A stretch of 64,000 nt of DNA, from the NCBI RefSeq assembly GCF_964188315.1, contig NC_135668.1:36890001-36954000 (forward strand). Direction: 5' to 3'. The translations under genes and the position numbers were made by a program. Shown here in pieces: positions 1 to 23,537 of the stretch (its first letter is position 1; each line of letters opens with the position of its first letter). The notes beneath the pieces are model-generated. The model saw nothing but the letters and a program-made list of their open reading frames with translations. It was not told the origin of the DNA and did not search any database. This DNA comes from Podarcis muralis (lineage: Eukaryota).

Positions 1-1846
1 CATTCCTGCTCTCAGGAAGCTTTCCCCACCCAGGACTCGCAAAAGAAATACAAAAGCATACACTCAAAAAACAAGAGCAAAATCTCCAGGCTGTGCGAAG
101 GACAGAAAATGGGGGATTGCAGGCACGGGGACTTTTAAGCATCCAAGGAAAAAAATTACTGGAGCAGAAAAACTCAAGCCAGCACAAAGCCAGCCAGAAG
201 GCAAATTCCTGGGCTGCGGCAGCAAGCTTTGCTAACCCTTGGCACGGGGGGGGGGGGGGGAGCCAGACGTTTCGACATGGCAGAAGAGATATCCGAGGGG
301 TTCCACTCCATGGCCAAGGGCTCCAGCAAAATGAGGCTGCACACCACTGCCTGGAGGGCCCCTGTCCTATTTTAGAGAACCCTCACATAAACTCCTATAA
401 ACCCGTCGACTCAGAATTAAATTCAACAAGGCTAACTCTCAAGGGAAATGCATTCAGGATTAGAGTCTTCAACTCGCCCCCCCTTTTTTTTTGGTTTGCG
501 TTTCTGACATGGGAGGGGTCCGTTTCCAGTCAAAGAAAACACCACATGCCATTCCCATTTTTTTCAGCCAAGGGATCCTTTGTACATCTGCTGAGGAACT
601 ATTGTGCAGTGCAAAGGATTCTGGGGCAGATTGTGAGGGGCTCTCACACACAGCTTGGCCAAGGCACCAATCCAGCTGGGCCTCACCCTACCCCTGAGTG
701 AATTAAGAGGATGCTACAGAAGGACCTACCACCGCCCTGTGTCGCAAAGCAAGATGGGTCAGAGGGAGGTCACAGAAATGGAGATGGTCGATATTCTATC
801 CAAATTGATGTTTTTTGGAAGATCATATTTTGAACGGCTGGCAGAATTCCGGAAGGCTTCTAGTTGACCATTGGGAGAACATGGGCCACTGGCCTGATCC
901 GCCAGCCAGGGACTTCTTAGGTTGTTAGAAACAACAAGTAAATTCGTAGGAAAATAAGGACTTTATTGCAAAAGAACTACAATGAGAAATGCTAGGATAA
1001 TATTCAGAAATATAGCTTCCCTCTGTTGTAATGCAGCTGGGCACATATCTCATATTCACTATGTGTGAGAGAGTGAGAGAGATAATGTATTTAATTATTG
1101 TTGTTAATAGCTTAAATATCTATTTTGCTAATATAAAACTTGATTTTGTAAAGCAAAATCAGATCCAAAAAATAAATCGTGCTTTGGTTGTGTTTATTTC
1201 ACTAGCAGTGACAGAGCTGGGGAGGCAAAAAGGATAGTCAGTCAAACACCTCCACTTCCCTACTTGTCAGAGGATCTGGATAGCAGAGCTTTCATCCATT
1301 AATCCGTTCAAAGTAGACTAGAGTAGACCACAATCTTACAGAATGCTTGCACAGGAGGGGAGGAGTTTAGAAGGGAGGGCATTTCCAGTGGAGGTGCTCC
1401 CCCTAGTGGTACCCAAGCAGCAAATTGCTCCTGACGACACAAGTCCGTCAAACCTTACATTACATGGAAAGATAAGCACTAGATAGTCGTCAAACTGGAG
1501 GCAAAACTCCTCCCCACCCACTACTATAAAGCTCATCCCAGATCCTGAGCAGCTGTGAGGCTCCAGCCATAAACCACAAGCTTAACATTAGGATGCCCAA
1601 TCTGTTTTATGAGTGACTTACCATTCTCGAATTATTTGGAGTGGGGCGGGTGGGAAGGAAGGCTGATCTACATTTTGCCATGTGCTGCTCCACACTGCAG
1701 ACGGTGAAAGAGAGTCCTGAGAGGGAAGACCAGTTTTCCACAGCTGCACTATTTGCTCCAGAGGTTCAAAGGTCTTGAATGATCACTGGTGCAGGCTCTC
1801 CTGGCGATTTGTCCTGGAGATCCAGGATAACAGAATGGCTTTTTCG

Positions 1847-1892
1847 TGTGTGTGTGTGTGTGCATGTGTGTGCGTGTGTGTGTGTGTGTGTG
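1847..1892. repeat. (GT)n microsatellite in the 3' UTR of the HhH gene
   Basis: Interrupted TG run. Confidence 0.95.
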
Positions 1893-1968
1893 TAGTTCAG
1901 CTTCAGTATTCATGCACGAAGGAACAAAGGTCAATTCTAAAGCCGCAGCCCTGGAACCCTGGGATTTT

Positions 1969-2973
1969 TCATGTTGCTTTCCTTTTCTTCTTAGGCCTGC
2001 CTGCTTCTGCCCCGTCCCCTGCCTTTGCTCCCTCTCCGCCTAGAGCCCGCAACGAAGGCAGCTGCAGCTTGCTGCCGATGGCCCAAGCCCAGAGGCACAT
2101 CTCCACACGGTGAGGCGTCCAGGCCTGTTCTGCATCAGCTAGGAAATGGATCAAGAACGAGGAATCGGTTGGGCTGTGTGCTTTGAGGATGTAGAAACCC
2201 TGAGACTGGGGGACAAGTGTGGCCCTTGGGGCCAATTTATGTGGCCCTAGGCCACGCCCCTTCCCAAATCATGCCCCTCATTGCCCTGCCCTGAGCCCTG
2301 CTTGGGTTCTGCTGCACAACTGGAATTTGTCCTTGAGTTGTGATCTGGCTTCTTGTTTGCCTGGACAGAGGGGTGTGTGTAGAAGGAAACACACCCTTTG
2401 TGAGCCCTGCTCACTTCTGCCTCTGGCTCAGACCCCAGAAGGTTGTCTACAAGGGAATATGGCTCTCTGACTGAAAAAAGTTTTCCCAAGAAATACAACT
2501 GAGCTAAATGGACCAATGGTTGGATTCAACATAAGGCAACTTTCTATGGGAACTGGACAAGAAAGCCAGAAATGCACAGGAACAAATAACTTGACTTGTC
2601 TTGGAGCTTTTAAATAATTATTATTTTAAGTGAAGCGGCTGATGGAAGATCTGCATGCAGCAGACAGTTTTGGACCACCTGGCTCCCAGCCTCTAAGCTC
2701 TCTAGACTACGTTTCCTCATCTTGCCTTGAAATTCCTCTTATGGACACCATGTTTTGTAAGCTTCTCTGCTATTGGTCTGCCTTAGGTTTGCATATTCCA
2801 CCATGCTACCATATATGCCAGGAAGAGACTCCCTTCCTCCCTGCCCACCAATAGGATTCTGTCTCTACCTTTAAAGCCCCTCCTCTACACGGAGCGAACC
2901 TTTCTGAAACTACTACCTGAGCTCCATCTTGCCTGCAATGGGAGCACCTTGGCTATCACCACTGGATCTGTCC

Positions 2974-3015
<42 letters not shown>

Positions 3016-6000
3016 GTGGGGTTGTGCCTTTAGCCCACGCCTGAAGTCACATGGCACCTCCCTGATGCTACCCATGCACTTAGGATAGATTTGAAGTGGT
3101 GGAACCAATGGAATGCAAATAGGAGGTTTCTGTGAGCTGGAAGTCTGTGCGCTCAGCATTCTAGCTGACAAGGAGAACCCTCCTCATCCAGCAGGCATCC
3201 CCACCCATTTCAGAGTGTGCACACTGTCCTAACTTCTCCCACCTTACCTTCGTTTAGCTTCTTGACACAGCTCTGGATTCCGTCAAGGTAGAGCAGGTAG
3301 TGCTTGAGGGTATACTGGACAGGGACAAGGCCTGGCAGAGACTCTACTGCTTCGTCGGCCATAAAGGCAGCTGCTTCCGGGGCTCCGGAAGTCAGAATCG
3401 CTGCAATGGGAGCAAAGGCAGATGTTGGGGAGGATGGCGGGAGAGCAGTATCACACATGCACCTTGAGCTCTCGGCATCTGAAGCTACAAGATTCTTAAA
3501 GAGGGAGAAGGAAATATGAGCAGAAGAATCTGCATTATTCAGAGTAAGGTAAAGGGGACCCCTGACCATGAGGTCCAGTCGTGGCCGATTCTGGGGTTGT
3601 GGCACTCATGTCGCTTTATTGACCGAGGGAGCCGGCGTACAGCTTCCGGCAAACCAGAGCAGCGGACGGAAACGCCGTTTAGCTTCCCGCCGGAGCAATA
3701 CCTATTTACCTACTTGCACTCTGACGTGCTTTCGAACTGCTAGGTTGGCAGGAGCAGGGACCGAGCAATGGGAGCTCACCCCGTCGTGGGGATTCAAACC
3801 GCCAACCTTCTGATCGGCAAATCCTAGGCGCTGTGGTTTAACCCACAGCACCACCCGTGTCCCTTATTATACAGAGTAGGACCATCTTATTCCTTCCTGT
3901 CAACTCCATCTAAAGCAGGTTGAATCCTCCCTTCATGACCCCTAAGGATTCAGGTCTCAATGTCCCCTCCTCAGGCCATGCCCCGCCTTCGAGTGCTGTT
4001 GCCTGGCTGGAGTGCCTCCTTCAACTGCAATCATAATGCCTCTTGCTTGCCTGACTTTCGCGTGGCTGGGATGTTCAAAATCTGACTTTGTATAAGGCAG
4101 CCTCTTACGCCCCCAGCAGTCCCAGCCAGCACGCCTAGCCGTCAGGGATGACGGTCCTCGTAGCCTAACAACATCTGGAGGGTCACAGATTAGCCACCCC
4201 TGCCCTCAAAAGGCTGGAATTATTTTTATTTGTAAAAAACCGCTGCTGCTGCTGCTCATACAGCTTGACAAGATTAAACCCCGTGGATCCTGGCTGAAAG
4301 CTTAAACAAACAAGCAAAAAATTTAGACCAATATGTAGCAGTCTGTAATAAACATGGGGCAGGAATATGCCATCTGGAATATGAAACTCCGTTCAGGAGT
4401 GGCCTCTGTTCAGGAAAAGTGGGGTGGACTAGGCAGCCACATTCTTGGTTTCGGTCCCATCTACCTCATTATGCTACTTTAAACAGCCACGGCTTTCCCC
4501 CAAAGAATTCTGGGAACTGTAGTTTCTTAAGGATGCTGAGCGCCGTTAGGAGACCCCAGTAGGAGTAGTTTCACAGTCAATTCCTCTCCTCATGGAACTC
4601 TGAGAATTGCAGCTCTGCAAGCAGAATTGGGATCTCCTAGCAACTCTCCACACCCTTAACTAATGCCCAGGATGCTATGGGGGAAGCCATGACTGTTTAA
4701 AGTGGTATGAAACAGCTTTAAATGTAAGGTGCAGATGCGGCCTTAGGCAAGGTTAGGTGGGGAATGAGGGAAGCTCTTGTTGTTAATTTGAGCCCTATTC
4801 ATGTTACTTCTGCATAGGGAAGAGTGGGACCCCCTCTTGTTCTTTGACTAAGCATGTATGTGTTGTGTACAAAAAAATATAGAGCCCAACATGCAAGATC
4901 CAGATACCTAATCATTCAGGTGTTCCAGTAGCATGGAATCCCTGCTTATGAAGAAGCAGTCACACTGCGGACTTTCTCGTCTTCTTTTTTAAAGTTGTGG
5001 AACACATGCTGTCAAACAGGCAAGCCACTGTTTATTTCTGTCTCTCTCTAACATTTGTATTGTTACATGTCGGGGGGAAACGTTACTACCTCCACTCCCA
5101 ATAATAATAATAATTCTTTTCAGGGGTTGTGAATGAAGTGATCCAAATTTGCATTATGTGTGTATGTTTAATTTTAATTCAACTGCACTGACTTTCTTTC
5201 TTTCTTTCTTCTTGTATGTTATAGAAGTATCTGCCCTTTCTTAAATAAATAAAAATTCAAGAGAAAGAGAGAGAGAAATTCAGGTTCTGAAGAATCACAG
5301 AGTTCCTTAGATCGTCAATGACAGGCAAGCTTCTCTGAAGGGTGGCTTCCCTGTTGTGGAGCAGGTGCTACCTTTCCTTGTATAGCCACAGAAGACTGTT
5401 CTATAGTGCCCTTTCAGCTGAGGAGACCAGGTCTCCATCCCAGAATCCTCTGCACTGCACAAGAGTTTGGTGGCAGAGAGGTGGGGGAGCTTCAGGAGGC
5501 AAATGGGTTTGAAAAAATCACATGATTGCACAAGTGTTTGAGAAAACTCAGGCAGCACTCGGGCCAGGCTAATGGAAGGGGCCTTGCTGTGTCTGCAAAT
5601 GCTCTTCCACATGGGAAGATTGCCTTATACTGAGTCAGACCACTGGTCTATCTGGATCAGTATTGCCAACACTGATTGGCAGCAGATCTCCAGGTTTCAG
5701 AGTGGGAACGTGAAGCTGGGGCCTTCTGTGTACAAGGCAGATGTTCCTCCACAGAGCTACCACCGTTCAAGAAGAAATGTTTTGCTGTGATCATGTTAAG
5801 AGAATGTTGGGTGAATGAAAAGAGCACAATCATTGCTCAAACTCCTTGCTGGATGTGTAGGCAAAAAAATACAGGAAATAAACAAACCTGGAGGCTTCAC
5901 GGCCTTTCCTACCTGAAGCTGTGGCGGGCCCCACAGCCTTGAGTTTGCACAGCTCAGTCATGGCAGCTGCTATGTCAGGGAGGAGCTGGAAGGCTTTTCT

Positions 6001-8225
6001 GGTACAGCTCTCCACCATCTCGCTGGAGTTAGTGGCCACCAGCTGCTGGAGTCGAGGGCGAAACTTGCCTCTCTGCAGGGGAGAAGGCAGTCATTCCCAC
6101 TTGGGCCTACACTGCTGACTTAAAATTAGTTCTGAGTCTCATATGCTCACACAGGACAGAGCTACGCTATGGAACGCTCTCCCCAGTGAGGTCTGCCAGA
6201 TGCCTTTATTGTGCTGCCAGCTTTGGAGTGCCAAGACTTGCCCCCCAGGCTTCTGAATAACTGAGCTAGTGCTATTGTGCTGTTATTGGGGCACTTTGTG
6301 TGTGTGTAAAATATAAAGAGGAATTGCAGGTGTTCTGTATGAGTTCTGTTAATGGTATAGTATATTTATGCTGATGATTTTAAACGCTTTTTTAAAGTCT
6401 CTTGGAGACCTTTTGGAAACAAATGATTATAAAGTCCAAAAAGTAAAAATATATTGCCATTATTATAATGCGATTACAGTGGTACCTCGGGTTAAGTACT
6501 TAATTCGTTCCGGAGGTCCATTCTTAACCTGAAGCTGTTCTTAACCTGAAGCACCACTTTAGCTAATGGGGCCTCCTGCTGCTGCCGCGCCGCCAGAGCA
6601 CGATTTCTGTTCTCATCCTGAAGCAAAGTTCTTAACCTGAGGTACTATTTCTGGGTTAGCAGAGTCTGTAACCTGAAGCGTATGTAACCCGAGGTACCAC
6701 TGTACTGTTATTTTATTTCACAGGCATTTCCCGTTACCTAAACGGTCAGTGAATATTTTTATTTTATTTTTAACTTCCGTGAGCAGATGGGGCATGTGAG
6801 GGGTAGACTTTCTAAAACAGGGATGGGGAACGTGGCCCTCCAGCTGCTGTTGGACTCCAACTCCCATCAGGCCCTGCCAGCGTGGTCAGTGAGCAGGGAT
6901 GGTGGGAGCTGTGGTCCAGCTGTATCTGCAGGGCTGCAAGTTCCTGTGACTACGCACTATTATGCCCCTGGGTCCACGCTGCCTCTGCTCCACATGGCAA
7001 CCGACTCTGGCAGAATTACTTACGGAAAGCTTCCATTCCATCAGCCTCACCAGCTCTTCTTTTGTCAAGTGTTTGTCCTTCCGCCCGGAAACAGCAATTG
7101 GCAGCTCCTCTTGATACCTGCAAATGGTAACACATGGAAGGGAGTAAAAACAATAAAATGGTTTTGAATAGCATTGAAAAGATCAGAGAAGGGAAACACA
7201 TTTCCCCCTTCTTCGATTAAATTGATTCGGGCAAAGCTCACAGAAGACAAAAAGAGAAGAACTGCACAGGCCACAGACTTGTCCAATTCATTGTTCTGGG
7301 GACTGGCACTGCTCTGCTGCAGAAGTCATATTGGACTGTATGATTGGCAGGGGAGGACTTGGTGGCCCTCTTGCTGCTGCCCCCATGAAGGGCCTTTTCA
7401 GTGGTGATTCCCTGAATGTGTAATGCCTTCCCTAGTGAGGTGTGCCTGTCTCCATTATCATCAACTTTCAGGAGGAATTTAAAAACATTCATGTTTACCC
7501 AAGCACTGGGTGGCTAAAGAATTCTGTTCCTGGCAACCTTGAGATCACTGGATACAGGAATGTTTTTAACAGAAGCTGATTTTAGATTGGATTAATTGTA
7601 ATTGTTTCAGAATGCTTTTGCTTTGTTTTTAATTGTGCTTCTGTTTGCCACCCTGGGCTCCTTGGGAAGGAAGGGTGGGATATCAATTCAATAAATTAAC
7701 AATTCAATAAATAATCTTAGCAGGAGGTCTATTCAGTTCGACATAATAATCAGAGGAGGCAAGTAAGGATACTCATAAAACAAAGTGATAAAAATATTAA
7801 GGGCTCGAATAAGAAACAAGTGTCTTAAGATTCTCCAGCTCTGCTGCCAGTTATGAAAAATCATCACAGTGTTAAGGCTGCAACTGAAGCATCAGAACAT
7901 AAGAAGAGTCTGGAGGCCATCACTATACATCTTCCATAGTTTAGCTATGTGCTGTGTTAAGAAGGCCTTCCTTTTGTGCGTCCCAAATCTTCCAGTGTCC
8001 TGCTTCACTGAATGTACAATGAGAGAGGGAACCCCCCCCCCCAGGAGCTCTTTGCTGTAGCAGGTGTGCTCTGCTACCTGCTGAAAACGTTTACCATTTA
8101 TCCAAGGCAATGGTTTTCCCCTTCTTGCTCGCTTTGGCCATGACCACATCCTGGTAAACATTCAAAACCGCTCTCCAGTATGCAGGGTCATCACATCCAT
8201 AAAGTCCTCCTTCCAGCCCCATCAT
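1969..8225 (-). CDS. Uncharacterised conserved HhH (HhH-GPD-like, DNA glycosylase-fold) protein, 235 aa; resembles the zebrafish zgc:112496 / Arabidopsis At3g12210 family
   Basis: Coding exons, minus strand: 8095-8225, 7024-7117, 5913-6072, 3248-3400, 1969-2138. Total 708 nt, all GT-AG, phases consistent. Translation: MMGLEGGLYGCDDPAYWRAVLNVYQDVVMAKASKKGKTIALDKW-YQEELP...LTKEELVRLMEWKLS-RGKFRPRLQQLV...LCKLKAVGPATAS-AILTSGAPEAAAFMADEAV...YTLKHYL...-WTPHRVEMCLWAW...RPKKKRKAT*. Family assignment is from recalled motifs (LMEWKLSRGKxRP, LxxLKxVGPATAS, FMxDEA). Confidence 0.85.
2976..3014. repeat. (TAT)n microsatellite
   Basis: Perfect trinucleotide run. Confidence 0.95.
3545..3863 (-). mobile_element. 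Sauria SINE (lacertid type)
   Basis: Matches the other copies in the window: ggtggcgctgtgggttaaacc head, internal gttcgaatcccc B-box, (ccttta)n tail. Imperfect TSD tta(t/-)(t/a)cagagta. Confidence 0.9.
6477..6702. mobile_element. pogo/Tigger-like MITE (Tc1/mariner superfamily)
   Basis: 18-bp TIR cagtggtacctcgggtta, TA TSD, internal aacctgaag repeats. Confidence 0.88.
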
Positions 8226-8569
8226 TTAAGGCTTCCTGAAACAGAAGGCAAAAACAAAAGCAGGGAACTAAGCAGCAGGGCCTTGGAGAAAATAACAGCA
8301 ACAACAACAATGGCAGCATTTACACCTCACCTTTTCCCCAACGAGCTCTAGATGGGCCTACGCCTCTCAGTAACTAGATCCTATTTTAATGCCTAATGGC
8401 AGTTTACTCTTTTATTGATTATGTGTATTTTATTTGAGATTATAATATTGGAACAGGCATTTTATTTGCTTTTTGTTTACCAGCCAATTAGAGAGGCCAT
8501 TGTACTGTAAGGCAGCCTTAACCTTTTAAAAAATCCTTAACATAATAAAAAAAAATGGATTGCACTGCA

Positions 8570-9815
8570 AGGTTGCATACTTGAAAGTGACCTCACCCTG
8601 AAAACTATGGGGTTCCCCCCTCAATGATCCTGCTTCGGAAGAAGGTGGCAGTTTACCGACCAAGGATGTAAACCTAGCGGAGATCCAACTTCAGGTAGTA
8701 TCCAATGGTAGTCATACCCAGAGTAGACCCATTGCAACTACTAGACATGACTTAGGCCCATTAATTTATATATCTACTCTCAGTAGTAGTACTTAGCTAA
8801 TATAACCTTTAGTCATACATACAAACACCCATATAAATCACGGTGCATATTATGGGTCATTCCCCCTCTAATTATGACTGAGACCGGATCCAACCAGAGG
8901 GGTTTACTCCCAGAGTAAACCGCCTTGCTGAAATCCTACACAGAATAGCAGTACTGTTTTAAAGTGACCTACCCCACTGAAATCACAGGTCTTCAACAGG
9001 ACAGAACCAAACTTAAGCCATTCAGTAGGCTCACTAGCATCCTCATTAAAATCATAGGACTTGTGTGAGGTTTTCTCCAGTGGGATGGATCCAATCGTAA
9101 GCCATTCTAATAAGCCTCATGGTAATCATGGGACTTCTCTCTAATTATGACTAAGACGGGATCCAACCTGAGGGCTTAACTCCCAGAGTAAACAGCCCTG
9201 CTGAAATCCACAGGGCTGTCATTTCCCTCCGTAAACCTACTTAGGAGGAGGAGGATAGCAGCAGTTTGTTAAGTTTACCTACCTGGATATCAGTCCCACG
9301 GAAACCAGAGGATATATGGGTCTTTTCCAATGGGTAAGTCAAACTTACAGCATCGTGGGAATTTTGGGTCTTCCAGTCTTAATCATGAGGAAACTGGGAC
9401 TCACCCTGAGGGGATGGCTGGGTCTTGGGATTCAACCTCCTTAAAATACCAGAACTCATGAGATCTTCCAACAGGTCGGATCCAAACGGGGTGATGTGGG
9501 TGTTTACTCCCCGAGTAAACAACCCCAGTGAAATCCAAGGGGCTTTCATTCCCCCCTTACTTGTACTGTGTTAAGTTTACTTACCCCCATTAAAACCCCA
9601 CAACTTCTGGAATGGGAGGGATCCAGCCTTAAGCCATACTTACGAGCAGACTCACTGGCATCACGGGACTTCTGGGTCTTCCTATTTAACTATATGACTG
9701 AGCCAGGATCCGACCTGAGGGGTTTACTCATGGAGTAAAGAGCCCTTGCTGGAATCCACGGGGCTTTCATTTCCGCTCCGTAAATCTAACTTGGGAGGAA
9801 GAAGCGGCAGCAGAG
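8570..9815. repeat. Degenerate tandem array of hairpin-containing units in intron 1 of the HhH gene
   Basis: Core GGATCC..C...GTTTACTC-N3-GAGTAAAC...TGAAATCC at 8902-8920, 9175-9193, 9501-9521 and 9722-9740. Confidence 0.75.
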
Positions 9816-9832
9816 CGTTAGCCTAGCCTTAC

Positions 9833-9950
9833 CTAAGCGGGAGCCCTCGGTTAGCCAACGGGCCTTGCTCGCGAGTAGCCCCCCCCTCACAGGATCGTGG
9901 CCGTTTGCCGTCTCCCGCCCCTCCAGCGCCCTCGGGAAGGCGCCGCCGTG
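9833..9950 (-). other. Probable non-coding exon 1 of the HhH gene
   Basis: Strong donor TAG|GTAAGG at 9833/9832 on the minus strand, inside the CpG island. No ATG in the segment. The next exon has acceptor ttctgtttcag|gaagcc at 8235, 10 nt before the ATG at 8225. The 5' boundary is approximate. Confidence 0.6.
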
Positions 9951-10243
9951 CGTCCGGCCGGGGTCCAGGCGGCGCTCTCGCTCCGCGGGCCGCGCTTCCT
10001 CCGGCGCCTGGGCCCGGCCCTTTCCGTTCGCGCGGGCCCCTCCTCCTGCTCGGCCCGCCCTCCTTCCCCGGCTGCGTTGCCTGTGCTGCGGGCGGTGTTG
10101 CTGCTGCTGCTGCTGCTGCGGGCGATCGGGGCCCGGGCCGGGCTGTGGCGGTGCGGCGAGGCCGGGGCGATCGGTGCCCGCCGGGCTCCTCCGGGCGGGC
10201 CGGCAGCGGCGGCGGCTGCTGCGGCTGCTTCTGCCTGGGCGGC

Positions 10244-22784
<12,541 letters not shown>

Positions 22785-23498
22785 CCACCGCAGGGGAGAG
22801 GCTGTGCTTGCAGCCTTCTTGTGGCGTCCCCCAGCTGCGGCAGCCAAGGCCACCGGACTGCTAGAGACTGGCTCTCTGAGCTCGCTGGGCCAGCGCCATG
22901 CCTTACTCACTGTCTGTCTCGCTTTCCCTCCTCTTCCTGCTCCGGCTGGCCGGGCCGCCTCATCCTGTGCCAGCTCGGGGCCCGTCCGTCACCTCCCTGG
23001 GGTGGGCCTTGGCGTCGGCTTGCTCCCAGGCCGCTTTCCAACACGGGCAAAGCCGGGAGCCTCAGGCCTGGCTCTGAGGTGGCGGGGAAGGCCAGCCCTG
23101 TTTCAAGAAGAGAGGCGAGGAGGGAGGCCCGCAGCAGCACTTTCCCTGAGGGCCACGAAATGCGTTGTGTGAGGGGCAGACACCCCACAGTGGCATATGA
23201 AGGATACCACGTCGGCCCCGCAAACTGCACCCCACAGCCCTCCAGGCAGATGGACACATTTCCCTCCACACACAGACACACACCCCTTCCCACTGTGACT
23301 ATGCTGCAGTTGTTGGGCTCGGCCTTTGCGGCAAGCCACAAGCTGAAGGGGCTGGACTACCCCCCTCCCGGTTCCCCCCAACCCCCCCCCCAGCTTGGCT
23401 TTGAGCTTTCTTCCCACTCCTTTCTCTCCATGTACAAAGTTTTAGGTTCCCCCCCTTCCCACCTCATTCCATTTTCCTGCCTGCCCAGGATAGTTGGG

Positions 23499-23537
23499 TT
23501 TATTTTTATTGTTTGGCCTCTTTACTCTGTAAATAAA
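23499..23537. terminator. Opposed polyadenylation signals: STUB1 (plus) and probably JMJD8 (minus)
   Basis: Plus-strand AATAAA at 23532-23537 (another at 23851-23856). Two minus-strand AATAAA at 23499-23510. Confidence 0.5.

Noticed and set aside
93-701. 202-aa plus-strand ORF
   Set aside because: GTG start, runs through a poly-G tract, no recognisable domain or exon boundaries. No RHBDL1 or other known peptide was found in 1-1900.
3568-3813. Recurrent short ORFs ending in ...RTARLAGAGTE...GFEPPTF
   Set aside because: Translations of Sauria SINE copies, not a gene family.
8570-9815. Palindromic repeats with variable spacers resembling a CRISPR array
   Set aside because: Vertebrate intron, degenerate repeats, spacers of 200-300 bp and no cas genes.
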